From a virus: 64,000 nt of DNA. Shown piece after piece: positions 37,389 through 46,079 of this stretch. The notes below the pieces were generated by a model. That model did not search any database, was not told the DNA's origin, and saw only the letters and a program-made list of their open reading frames with translations. A program made the position numbers and the translations under genes. Location: positions 13,942-77,941 of the IMG/VR virus record IMGVR_UViG_3300021373_003510; one strand, written 5' to 3'. The stretch's first letter is position 1. Every line of letters begins with the position of its first letter.

Positions 37389-38168
37389 ATGGCATTTAAT
37401 ATTAGCAATTTTAAAAGTAGCTTTGAAAGATACGGCGGACCTGCTAAAGCAAACTTGTTTGAAATACAACTAAGTAAGCTGCCAAGGTTTATGCCTGAAA
37501 ATAAACAAATGGATTACTTGAGAGAAATTAAATTCTTTTGTAGTGAAGTTACCTTTCCTGCTATCAATATTAATACATCAGAAATTGCACATGCAGGTCA
37601 AATGTTAAAAAGATATCCAACTGCAGTACAAAATCCTGGTCCTTTATCTGCTAAGTTCTTAGTTGATAGTGATCATCAAATATTAACATTCTTTCATAAC
37701 TGGTCGCAACAAATAGTTCAGTATAGTAAAAGAGGTGGAGCTTTTGCTGAAACCGATGGAAAGCTTCCACACGAGGTTGGATTCAAAAATGACTTTGCTT
37801 GTGATTTATTAATTAAACATTTTACAACAGATAGTTTTCCAAATACTTATTATGAAGCAAAATTATATAAAGTTTTTCCTGTTGCGGTTGGTGCATTGGC
37901 ATTAAACTGGGAAGGAGCAAGTTCGTTTCTTTCACTTGATGTTCAATTCAGTGCTGAAGATATGGAATTCAGTTCTGATAAAACTGGTAAGACAGGAGAT
38001 CGCTCAAAAAGAGGAGGCGGTCTTTTAGATATCCTTGGAGATATCGCTGGGTTTGCTGATACTGTAAGAGGTACAGTTAAATCAGGTAGACCTACGAGTA
38101 TACAAGATGCGGTAAACAGATTAAATAGATTAGGTAACGCAATTGATAACTTGGGTGACAACATTTAA
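37389..38168 (+). CDS. Tail-tube initiator gp54 / gp19-like protein
   Basis: GGPAKANLFEI; LYKVFPVAVGALALNW; gene context. Confidence 0.75.
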   Translation: MAFNISNFKSSFERYGGPAKANLFEIQLSKLPRFMPENKQMDYLREIKFFCSEVTFPAININTSEIAHAGQMLKRYPTAVQNPGPLSAKFLVDSDHQILTFFHNWSQQIVQYSKRGGAFAETDGKLPHEVGFKNDFACDLLIKHFTTDSFPNTYYEAKLYKVFPVAVGALALNWEGASSFLSLDVQFSAEDMEFSSDKTGKTGDRSKRGGGLLDILGDIAGFADTVRGTVKSGRPTSIQDAVNRLNRLGNAIDNLGDNI

Positions 38169-38184
38169 ATTATAGGAGTATATA

Positions 38185-38886
38185 ATGGCACTACCAAAAA
38201 TTAATTTACCAATTTCGGAATTAGTTCTTCCGTCAAGTGGTAAGAAAATAAAATACAGACCTTTTTCTGTAGCAGAAGAAAAAGTATTACTTGTCGCAGG
38301 TGAGACTGGCGACCCAGTACAAGAAATGGTTGCTATGAAGCAAATTTGTAATAACTGTTTAATTGATACTGATGTTGAAACTCTTGCTATGTTTGACTTT
38401 GAATACTTGTTCTTAAAGTTAAGATCAAGGTCGGTAGATAATGTATCTAAGTTTGTGGTTAACGATCCTGATACAAAACTTCCTGTTCAGTTGGAAGTTG
38501 ATATTGACGACATTAATTATATCTTTGACGAAGGTCATACAAAAGAAATAGATATAAATGATGAATATCGTTTATTTTTAAAGTATCCTGGGATTGATGA
38601 TTTTATCGCAATCATTGATAAAGATCCTGAGGATCCATTAACAAATTATTATATTATGACAAAGTGTTTAGATAAGCTTGCATCGGAAGATGAAGTACAC
38701 GAGTTTAGTGAATATAGTGATGAAGAGATTGATGAATTCTTGGATGGAATATCAAGTGAGATATTGAAAAAGATTGGAAATTTCTTTGACACAATGCCGA
38801 AACTAAAACATTCAATTGAATATGAAAATAGTGAAGGAAAGAAAGTAACATTTAATATTGAGGGTACGAGAAGTTTTTTTACCTAA
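38185..38886 (+). CDS. gp26: Baseplate hub protein gp26 (possible tail assembly chaperone)
   Basis: MALPKINLP..LVLPSSGKKIKYRPFSVAEEKVLL; FDFEYLFLKLRSRSV; FFDTMPKL; ends EGTRSFF. Confidence 0.88.
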   Translation: MALPKINLPISELVLPSSGKKIKYRPFSVAEEKVLLVAGETGDPVQEMVAMKQICNNCLIDTDVETLAMFDFEYLFLKLRSRSVDNVSKFVVNDPDTKLPVQLEVDIDDINYIFDEGHTKEIDINDEYRLFLKYPGIDDFIAIIDKDPEDPLTNYYIMTKCLDKLASEDEVHEFSEYSDEEIDEFLDGISSEILKKIGNFFDTMPKLKHSIEYENSEGKKVTFNIEGTRSFFT

Positions 38887-38921
38887 GCCTTAGTCATATT
38901 AGCCTAGGGCATTATTATCAA

Positions 38922-39053
38922 ATGATATTTTCTATGGCACAACACCACAAATGGTCTGTGTCCGAAATTGAGGCTATGATACCTTATGAGCGGGATTTAT
39001 ATTTTAATATGTTAATAGAATTTATAGAACAGCAAAAGGAAGCACAACAGTAA
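38922..39053 (+). CDS. gp51: gp51-like baseplate hub assembly protein (43 aa from first ATG; frame open from 38862, possibly reached by -1 frameshift)
   Basis: MIFSMAQHHKWSVSEIEAMIPYERDLYFNML resembles gp51 (QHHKYSLxELENMxPWERxIY); not in the ORF track. Confidence 0.8.
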   Translation: MIFSMAQHHKWSVSEIEAMIPYERDLYFNMLIEFIEQQKEAQQ

Positions 39054-39067
39054 AAGGTTAGTAACAA

Positions 39068-40897
39068 ATGGCAGAGAATAAAGATCAAATAGTAGAACGC
39101 CTAACGGAGGAAGGACTCTTATTAAGAAATAAGGGTACTAATTCTCTTAAGTCAGTTAAAGATAGAATAGGCGATTTAGATACAAAGTTTAGCGGAGTAC
39201 TAAATTCTATTTCAATGCGCACTGGTGAAACTGCTCGTGCTTTAGGTTCAATTGAAAGTTATTTAATAACAGGAAATACTATTGCTAACGAAGGTCTTAA
39301 TGAGCTTGCTGATAGAATAGACACAACTAACGAACAAGCAAAAGAACAAGCCGAAGATCAAAGACAACAAGATCAGGAAAACAGAAGACAAGAAAACGAA
39401 AATAGAAGAGAAGGGATTCTTCAAAATCCATTTAGTGCCATCATGGGAGACCTTGATAATTTAAGAAAGGATATAAGACAAAAGCCTGGAGAAACTTTAT
39501 TTAAAGGATTGAAATATGCGTTCCTTGCTCCTATCTTAGCAGGTGCGGTAAAAGGAGTATTAGATTTAACATTTGGAGAAGGTTGGATTGATTCTCCGAT
39601 TATGCAATTAGTTAGAGAGAATCCTGCTAAAGCTTTAATTGGAGCATTCGTTGCATTTAAGGCAGTTGATTGGATTGCGATTGGCGCATCTATTACATCA
39701 GCTATGTTATCTCTTAAAGCAATGGCCATGTCGAACGGCGGAAGAGGTGGACCTGTTGTTGCTCCTGGTGCTCCGGGAGCTCCTGGCGGTCAGGGTTCAA
39801 AGGGTAGTAGGTTAAAGAATTTCTTAAAAGGCAATAAAGGTAAAGTAGGTTTAATTTTAGGAGGCACAGGTTTATTATTATACGGCAACGAATTCTTTGA
39901 CGGTGATGATGTCAAAGATGTTGAATCTGAAGTAAAAAGAATTAATCAAGAAGCAACTGCAGATGAACAGCGTGTTATTGATGAAAAATTAACAAGTTTT
40001 GAAAAAGAAAGAACAGGACTAGGCGATGCTTTAATTGACGCAACGACAGGTGCAGGTATTGGTTTCCTTACAGGTGGTCCTGTTGGCGCATTGGTTGGTG
40101 CTGCAGGTGGTCTTGCCTTTACTTTGATTGGAAGAACATGGGAAGCCATTGATGATTCTATGAATGATATTGATGCTATACCTAATGATATTGAGCAAGC
40201 ATTACGACAAGAAACAGCAGCTCTCAATAGAAGAAGAAATAAATTATCAGCAGAACAACAAGTAGAGCTATATAAAACTACTAACGCGGCAATTGAAAAA
40301 ACAATCAAAGATCTTACTGATGAAACTGGTACAATGGATGCTGACATTGCTGCATTAGAAGGTGTTGATTTTGAAGCCGGCGTTACAAGAAGAACAGGCG
40401 GAAGATCTGGTAGGGAAATTACAGAGTTTGAAGTTAACGGCGAAATGTTAGAAAGAAGTGAAATAGAGAAAAAGCTACAAGACCTTAAAAATGAAAGAAT
40501 ATTAAGAGAAGAACAACTCGTTGCTTCAAGAAGAATTTTAGAATTAAGACAACAAGAATCCGAAGCAGTACAAGAAAATATTAATGCACAAGGAGAAGCA
40601 ACTGATACTGTTGCCGCAGTTGCCGATGAAGTACTTAAAAAGACAGGTACTAATCCTGAAATTGATCCTGACACAACAACAAGAGAAAGAGATGTTAGAA
40701 CAACACAAACTGGTGGGTTTGCTTTTAATACAGTAAATAATTACTATAATAAAGGTGGTGATAACATTATGACAAACAGTTCTGATAACAGATCAAATGT
40801 TAGTAAGAATGTTGGTGTTGTTGTAAATGGTGGCGGTGGTGGAGGAAGTCGTTTCTCAGGTGGATTAATTGGTCCTAACGGACAAGCTATGGGATAA
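39068..40897 (+). CDS. Tail tape-measure-like protein (gp29-like)
   Basis: 609 aa of coiled coil with Gly/Ala hydrophobic segments; directly after gp26/gp51. Confidence 0.6.
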   Translation: MAENKDQIVERLTEEGLLLRNKGTNSLKSVKDRIGDLDTKFSGVLNSISMRTGETARALGSIESYLITGNTIANEGLNELADRIDTTNEQAKEQAEDQRQQDQENRRQENENRREGILQNPFSAIMGDLDNLRKDIRQKPGETLFKGLKYAFLAPILAGAVKGVLDLTFGEGWIDSPIMQLVRENPAKALIGAFVAFKAVDWIAIGASITSAMLSLKAMAMSNGGRGGPVVAPGAPGAPGGQGSKGSRLKNFLKGNKGKVGLILGGTGLLLYGNEFFDGDDVKDVESEVKRINQEATADEQRVIDEKLTSFEKERTGLGDALIDATTGAGIGFLTGGPVGALVGAAGGLAFTLIGRTWEAIDDSMNDIDAIPNDIEQALRQETAALNRRRNKLSAEQQVELYKTTNAAIEKTIKDLTDETGTMDADIAALEGVDFEAGVTRRTGGRSGREITEFEVNGEMLERSEIEKKLQDLKNERILREEQLVASRRILELRQQESEAVQENINAQGEATDTVAAVADEVLKKTGTNPEIDPDTTTRERDVRTTQTGGFAFNTVNNYYNKGGDNIMTNSSDNRSNVSKNVGVVVNGGGGGGSRFSGGLIGPNGQAMG

Positions 40898-40924
40898 AAA
40901 ATAAGGGACCCGAAAGCCCCTTAT
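40896..40924. terminator. Intrinsic terminator between convergent genes, probably bidirectional
   Basis: Minus strand reads AUAAGGGGCU-UUCG-GGUCCCUUAU followed by a U run. Confidence 0.8.
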
Positions 40925-40933
40925 CTTTGTTCA

Positions 40934-41098
40934 TTAAGCGACCCATTTCACACCGCGGTAAATTCCTTGCCGCTGTGCTTTAGATGGCTTACTTAGATTT
41001 TCGCTTTTCCAAGATACACCACGATAGACACCAGATTCAGTTTTTCTGGTTTCTTTCTTAGGCTTGTCTTGAACTTTGATACCTCTATAATAAGTCAT
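40934..41098 (-). CDS. 54-aa basic peptide with three YRG motifs (DUF4278 / GifB N-terminus-like)
   Basis: GGAGG 6 nt before ATG 41098; MTYYRG..VYRGV..IYRGV. Confidence 0.75.
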   Translation of the reverse strand: MTYYRGIKVQDKPKKETRKTESGVYRGVSWKSENLSKPSKAQRQGIYRGVKWVA

Positions 41099-41160
41099 AT
41101 CATGCCTCCAGTTTTCGTTTCGATTTCGTACATACAACTTTCGTTGCACACCCTTCTCAA

Positions 41161-41274
41161 CGCGTTCCTTCGGTATAACTGTCGGTCTCGTTCGGCAGAA
41201 CGCCTACTTGCTTCCCCACAGAACGTGGGAGGTTTTCAGGTTATCCTACTTCCGCTATATTTCTATAGTGAACG
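41161..41274 (-). ncRNA. Glutamine riboswitch (glnA-RNA class) with an expanded P3 arm
   Basis: CGUUCA-[CUAUA GAAA UAUAG]-CGGAAGUAGG...CCGAAGGAACGC; upstream of a YRG peptide. Confidence 0.8.
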
Positions 41275-41292
41275 TATTACTATATATATCGG

Positions 41293-41820
41293 TTAACCTT
41301 TTGGTCTAGGACCAAATTTCAAATAAGCAAGAACTTTTTCAGGAGCAGTTTCACCATACGGATCCGACTGACAATTATCAATCATTCCTGGCTCAGTGAA
41401 TAATTTTTCAACTGTACCATTATCTACAACCATAGCATATCTCCAAGATCTTCTTCCAAAACCAAGATTGTCCTTTGCGACTAACATATCCATGCCAGCC
41501 GTGAACTCACAAGATCCATCAGGAATGAATTTTACATTCTTAACTCTTAGATCTTCAGCCCATGCATTCATAACAAAAGCATCATTACAGGAGACACAAT
41601 ATACTTCATCAATGCCTGCTGCAATAATCTCGTCATATAATACATCAAAGCCTGGAACTTGATTATTAGAACAAGTAGGTGTAAATGCGCCTGGCAGCGA
41701 AAATACTACTACTTTTTTATTGTCAAAATAGTCTGCAGTTGTTGGATGTGTCCATTCGACTTCTCCAGTATCTACATTTCTGCTTCTTACTTTGAAAGTT
41801 ACGTTAGGTACTTGTTTCAT
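41293..41820 (-). CDS. Peroxiredoxin (Prx5 type)
   Basis: FSLPGAFTPTCS; NDAFVMNAW; GFGRRSWRYAM. Confidence 0.93.
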   Translation of the reverse strand: MKQVPNVTFKVRSRNVDTGEVEWTHPTTADYFDNKKVVVFSLPGAFTPTCSNNQVPGFDVLYDEIIAAGIDEVYCVSCNDAFVMNAWAEDLRVKNVKFIPDGSCEFTAGMDMLVAKDNLGFGRRSWRYAMVVDNGTVEKLFTEPGMIDNCQSDPYGETAPEKVLAYLKFGPRPKG

Positions 41821-41841
41821 TATATAATTTCCTATTTAATT

Positions 41842-41862
41842 GGGAGGCCATTGCGACCTCCC
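41842..41862 (-). terminator. GC-rich hairpin downstream of Hsp20 (weak terminator or processing/stability element)
   Basis: GGGAGGUCG-CAA-UGGCCUCCC stem with no clear U tract. Confidence 0.45.
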
Positions 41863-41875
41863 GGATTAATAAAGA

Positions 41876-42325
41876 TTAACCTTTTAAGAATTCTTTCTTA
41901 GTATCAATCTTAATTTTTCTAGCCTTTTTGCTCTCAGGAATTATTCTTTCCAAAGCAACAGTTAAAAGGCCGTTTTTGAAGTTGGCTCCAATTACCTCAA
42001 TATCGTCTGCAAGAGTAAAACTTCTTGTAAACTTTTTGAAGGAAATTCCACGATGAACATAGTCACCGCCACCATTGAAGTAATCTCCTGCTTCATCCCA
42101 TGTGGAACGAACAGTTAATACATCTTCTTTTACTTCGATTTCTACATCATTAATATCAAGACCAGCTAAAGCAAGATCAATAAAGAACTTATCTTCGTCT
42201 CTTCTGATATTGTAAGGCGGAAAGCCTTGTGCTTGATGTTGATGAGGGAACTCCACCAATCTGTCAAAGACTCTATCGAATCCTACCGCAAATGGGTGTA
42301 GTTGATTTATATTTAATCCAGTCAT
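41876..42325 (-). CDS. hsp20: Small heat-shock protein Hsp20 (IbpA-like)
   Basis: GFDRVFDRL; FPPYNI; YVHRGIS; NGLLTVALERIIPE. Confidence 0.93.
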   Translation of the reverse strand: MTGLNINQLHPFAVGFDRVFDRLVEFPHQHQAQGFPPYNIRRDEDKFFIDLALAGLDINDVEIEVKEDVLTVRSTWDEAGDYFNGGGDYVHRGISFKKFTRSFTLADDIEVIGANFKNGLLTVALERIIPESKKARKIKIDTKKEFLKG

Positions 42326-42410
42326 ATTATTCTCCTATTAAGCAAGATTAATTATTATTTGATGGTTTATACCCATCACCTTTGTAAAGCCCTATCGGCG
42401 CCTTACAAAA
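42323..42410 (-). promoter_or_regulatory. ROSE-like RNA thermometer in the Hsp20 5' UTR
   Basis: Three hairpins; the last pairs UCUUGCU with the SD sequence AGGAGA. Confidence 0.65.
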
Positions 42411-42411
42411 C

Positions 42412-42419
42412 TATTTATA
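42412..42419 (-). promoter_or_regulatory. Late promoter TATAAATA upstream of hsp20
   Basis: Exact consensus overlapping the dUTPase stop codon. Confidence 0.7.
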
Positions 42420-42936
42420 CACCAGTTGAGCCTATACCACCATCTCGGTCAGTTTTTTTCTCAGGTCGTGTATTTGTTTCTTTAAGTGTTGTTTGTTTAG
42501 TTTTTACTAATCTGCATTGTGCCAATCTGTCACCATCATGTACACTAACTAACGTATCTGAAATATTGTGTACAATAATATGCGTTTCGTCGACATAATC
42601 AGAATCAATTATACCAATACTATTAACTAATGTCAATCCTCTTTTCGTTGCTACACTTGAACGAATCATCATTTCCATTACATGGTTTTCTGGTATATCA
42701 AATATAAGTCCTGTTGGAATAAGAACTCTTGTTTCAGGTGGAATCTGAATTGTTGATGAAACTTTGTTACCACCTATGTTTTTTAATTTTGTTAAGATTG
42801 GTATTTCTTTATTCCAAGCGTCATATCCTTTTACACGCTCGCCATTAGTCAAGCAAGCTTTTACATCAAAGCAAGCTGAACCTTCGGTTGCGTATTCTGG
42901 AAGTGTTGCGTTGTCTCGTACTTTAAATACATTCAT
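42415..42936 (-). CDS. dut: Trimeric dUTPase
   Basis: Five motifs: GSACFD, RSS, GIIDSDY, GDRLAQ, RDGGIGSTG. Confidence 0.93.
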   Translation of the reverse strand: MNVFKVRDNATLPEYATEGSACFDVKACLTNGERVKGYDAWNKEIPILTKLKNIGGNKVSSTIQIPPETRVLIPTGLIFDIPENHVMEMMIRSSVATKRGLTLVNSIGIIDSDYVDETHIIVHNISDTLVSVHDGDRLAQCRLVKTKQTTLKETNTRPEKKTDRDGGIGSTGV

Positions 42937-42959
42937 AATATATAATTCCTATTTGTTAT

Positions 42960-42988
42960 ATTATACAACAGTTCGTTAGAAATGTCAA
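42960..42988 (-). promoter_or_regulatory. Sigma70-type promoter (dut)
   Basis: TTGACA-N17-TATAAT, exact. Confidence 0.85.
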
Positions 42989-42992
42989 TAGT

Positions 42993-43397
42993 TTATTTTT
43001 TTCCGATATTATATTTAACAGTCAATTCCCAATCGTTCTTTTCTTTAAATGAAATGATTTTAATTTGATTTAGAGAAGCAACTGGATCTTTAGTCTTTGA
43101 AGGATCCACTATTTTAACAAGTTCCCATTCTTCTAATAAATTCACTATCGTATTACGACGAGAGATATCTTCTTCTGTTAACGTGTTATGCTTTCCGTCC
43201 AAAATAAACAATTCTTTAAAGTGCAAAATAGCGTACCTACCTTTCTTGTGCAGGATATGACATGATTGATATAATTTCTTTTCTTTTCTGGAGGAAATTC
43301 CAATACGAGTTAAAGTCTCTTTGATTTTTAAAAAGCTGTCTTGTGTAGGCAACTCAACTTCGACTCCAACTCCTTTGAAGATATCTATGTTGTCCAT
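42993..43397 (-). CDS. regA: Translational repressor RegA
   Basis: FLKIKETLTRIGISSRKEKKLYQSCHILHKKGRYAILHFKELF. Confidence 0.96.
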   Translation of the reverse strand: MDNIDIFKGVGVEVELPTQDSFLKIKETLTRIGISSRKEKKLYQSCHILHKKGRYAILHFKELFILDGKHNTLTEEDISRRNTIVNLLEEWELVKIVDPSKTKDPVASLNQIKIISFKEKNDWELTVKYNIGKK

Positions 43398-43456
43398 GAT
43401 TTATATTCACCTTGTAAATTATTATTAGTGGCAATGGTTTACAACCATATTACATT

Positions 43457-43464
43457 TATTTATA
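43457..43464 (-). promoter_or_regulatory. Late promoter TATAAATA upstream of regA
   Basis: Exact consensus in the gp62-regA spacer (AT-rich context). Confidence 0.55.
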
Positions 43465-43475
43465 ATATACATATT

Positions 43476-43871
43476 TCAGCCACCTTCTGTAAGGCGTTCA
43501 TGGACAGTCTCAAGCTGTTGTTTGTTCAACACTTTAAGATATTGTTTCGCAACAGTTCTATTACACTGATACACTTCTTGGATTGCATCAAGATCTTTAT
43601 CTTTATCAGCCTTAGGCCATTTTGAAAATCTTTTGCGCTTTCTTAGAACAGAACGATAATAATCAAACTGAGCTCCATCAAATAAATGATGTCTCATGTT
43701 CATTTCGTTTGCGTGTAATATGGTATCTTCAAAATTAACAAAGCCACGGTTCACGATAAAGGCGTTGTACATCTTTTCAGTATGTTCAGGTATATCTGAG
43801 TTACGAATGATATCTTCCTTTGTAAAGGATGCTGCATTCATAAAATCAAATGGTGTTAGGTCTTTCATCAA
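43476..43871 (-). CDS. gp62: Clamp loader small subunit gp62
   Basis: YNAFIVNRG..TILHANEMN..RKRKRFSKW. Confidence 0.9.
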   Translation of the reverse strand: MMKDLTPFDFMNAASFTKEDIIRNSDIPEHTEKMYNAFIVNRGFVNFEDTILHANEMNMRHHLFDGAQFDYYRSVLRKRKRFSKWPKADKDKDLDAIQEVYQCNRTVAKQYLKVLNKQQLETVHERLTEGG

Positions 43872-44028
43872 GTACCTCCTGAAGTTCTTTTGCTAATTTG
43901 TCAAAATCTTTACCACAAGAATCACAAAGAGTTACTTTGTGTTTACCATCAGCGGTATTCATTTCAACCGTATATGCTTTGTGCTTTGGAGTTGTAGTAT
44001 TACAATAAAAACATCTTGTCTTCAGCAT
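43846..44028 (-). CDS. Small zinc-ribbon protein
   Basis: CFYC and CDSC pairs; overlaps both gp44 and gp62. Confidence 0.6.
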   Translation of the reverse strand: MLKTRCFYCNTTTPKHKAYTVEMNTADGKHKVTLCDSCGKDFDKLAKELQEVLDERPNTI

Positions 44029-44981
44029 TATACATACTCACACTCAATCATTACCTCGGTTAAGAAGGCAACCATATTAATTTCTTGGTCAGCAACTAAA
44101 CCTGACTTATACATATAATCAGCAAGAGTTACAATAAACCCAGCTTGACTTTGAAGTGTAACCTTTTCAGATGCTGCATCGTATAGCCTACGAAACATTT
44201 CATTCATATCTTGGTCAGAGTTCTTGGCAACCCATTTACGCATATCGGTAAACTGTTTGCCTTTGAGCATTTTGAATAACTCATCAATAGATTCTTCTTT
44301 CAAATTAACAAAGATACCTTCATCAATTTTACCTGAAGCTGCATATGATTGTAATTCAGTTAGTACTCTACGAAAATCAGGAAAGTGCTTTTCAATAACT
44401 TTAGCAACTACTTGCTTGTTATATTCAACGCCTTCTTGTTCGAGAATTCCCATTACACGTTTGAAGAACTCCATTGCCATTTGTGGACGATCATCAGTAT
44501 CAATAGTAAAGTCAACTTCAGAAAGTCGAGATCTCAATGGACTGATAATACGATTCTTGAAATTACAAGTAAAGATAAATCCACAGTTAGAGGAATATTC
44601 TTCAATAAAATTACGAAGAGCAGGTTGAACATTAGCTGCGTTCAAATAATCTGCTTCGTCAAAAATTACATACTTACGACCTGTACCTGTTAGAGAAACA
44701 GCGGATGCGAAAGTAGAGATGTCGTATCGGAGAGTATCAATATTAACATTAAGAGAACCGTTCTTTACGATATAATCGCAACCAAGTTCTTCAAGCATTG
44801 CCTTTGCGATAGTAGTCTTACCTACACCGGGACCGCCTGTTAATAATAGATTTGGAACACTTCCGTCGGATACGAACTTACGGAATGTTTCTTTTGTCTT
44901 TTCTGGTAAAATAGTATCAGTAACTACTTGAGGACGATACTTTTCAACCCATAAGACTTCGTTTGATTTTGCATCAATCAT
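44028..44981 (-). CDS. gp44: Clamp loader AAA+ subunit gp44
   Basis: LWVEKYRP; GGPGVGKTT; DEAD; PLRSR; FPDFRR. Confidence 0.96.
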   Translation of the reverse strand: MIDAKSNEVLWVEKYRPQVVTDTILPEKTKETFRKFVSDGSVPNLLLTGGPGVGKTTIAKAMLEELGCDYIVKNGSLNVNIDTLRYDISTFASAVSLTGTGRKYVIFDEADYLNAANVQPALRNFIEEYSSNCGFIFTCNFKNRIISPLRSRLSEVDFTIDTDDRPQMAMEFFKRVMGILEQEGVEYNKQVVAKVIEKHFPDFRRVLTELQSYAASGKIDEGIFVNLKEESIDELFKMLKGKQFTDMRKWVAKNSDQDMNEMFRRLYDAASEKVTLQSQAGFIVTLADYMYKSGLVADQEINMVAFLTEVMIECEYV

Positions 44982-45011
44982 AGCTCACCTTAAACATAAT
45001 ATAAAATAATA

Positions 45012-45060
45012 AAAAATTCGAGACCGAACGTAGGGGGCCTTTCGGCCGCCCCACTTCTCG
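45012..45060 (-). terminator. GAAA-capped hairpin with U tract upstream of gp44
   Basis: Minus strand CGAGA..GUGGGGCGGCC-GAAA-GGCCCCCUAC..UCUCG AAUUUUUU. Confidence 0.55.
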
Positions 45061-45081
45061 AGAATAGGTTAAAGCTGTAGA

Positions 45082-45387
45082 TTACTCGACAACTTTATCA
45101 GCTAAAGTAGCACCATCAGCTTCTGATGTATCGACATCAACTGCCTGTTCCGCAACGGTTGAACCGTCAGGTTGAGGAGCCTTTTGTCTTAGGAATGCTT
45201 CGAGTTTATTTCTCAGCATACCTACACCAGCAAGCTCTTGCCCTTGAAACCCACCACGTTGTGATACTACATCAATAATCTGTAGGATCGTGGAGATGTC
45301 GCCAAGAGTAATATCTACTTCTTGCTGTTGCTGTTGACCACCCATTTGCATAGGTTGGCCTTGCATTGCTTCATTCATATTAATCAC
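45082..45387 (-). CDS. Hypothetical protein
   Basis: 101-aa ORF overlapping the gp45 stop; IIDVVSQRGGFQGQEL core. Confidence 0.7.
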   Translation of the reverse strand: MINMNEAMQGQPMQMGGQQQQQEVDITLGDISTILQIIDVVSQRGGFQGQELAGVGMLRNKLEAFLRQKAPQPDGSTVAEQAVDVDTSEADGATLADKVVE

Positions 45388-46046
45388 CTTTTATTATAAG
45401 TCGACTTTGAATCAATTGCCACATAATATGTGACGCCTTCTCCCTTAAATTCTGAGATACCTTTTGAACAAAGAGTAACCTCATAATCTAAAGGCATTAG
45501 TTTCAAGTTATCAGTTTTAATAATAATCTTGAACTCATCGTCAGTCTCCCCGATTTCAACGCCAAAGTCATCTGCGCCTTCGTTCGTACTGTCGATTGCT
45601 TTCAGATAACATTTGCCACTTTCGCCAACAAATGCGATCTCTGAAAATTGTAATACCCCTGCTGCCTTCAATACAGAAGACAAATCGCCGTTACTCACAT
45701 TGACAACTACATCAGCCGAAGGGATAGTGATATCCTTTTCAGGTGGAGTGTGGATCATTGAGAGATCAGCATAAACGTATTTGGTTCTACGCTTACCTTC
45801 CGAGATAATAAAGTATTTATCAAAAAACTCTACATCTGGATCATTATAAAGAGATAAAATTGATAAAAATCTCGATAGGTCATAAACACATGCATCTGAT
45901 GGAATTACATCAGGGATGTCCGCTATCGCGATCAATGTTTTCTCTGGAGTTATGGTCTTAAGAACTGAACCTTCTTTCAACAAGATTGACTTATTGATAG
46001 TGGTAAAGCTTTTAAGTACCGTCATAGTTTCGTTAGAAAATTTCAT
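45384..46046 (-). CDS. gp45: Sliding clamp gp45
   Basis: MKFSNETMTVLKSFTTINKSIL; YDLSRFLSILSL; position before gp44/62. Confidence 0.92.
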   Translation of the reverse strand: MKFSNETMTVLKSFTTINKSILLKEGSVLKTITPEKTLIAIADIPDVIPSDACVYDLSRFLSILSLYNDPDVEFFDKYFIISEGKRRTKYVYADLSMIHTPPEKDITIPSADVVVNVSNGDLSSVLKAAGVLQFSEIAFVGESGKCYLKAIDSTNEGADDFGVEIGETDDEFKIIIKTDNLKLMPLDYEVTLCSKGISEFKGEGVTYYVAIDSKSTYNKR

Positions 46047-46079
46047 TATATAGATTCTCCGTTAGTTATATTGTGGTAT

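Noticed and set aside
41099-41149. N-terminal extension of the YRG peptide in the ORF track (71 aa)
   Set aside because: The GGAGG RBS points to ATG 41098; the extension lies in the structured leader.
41069-41296. 75-aa plus-strand ORF
   Set aside because: It is antisense to the riboswitch, which explains the local sequence better.
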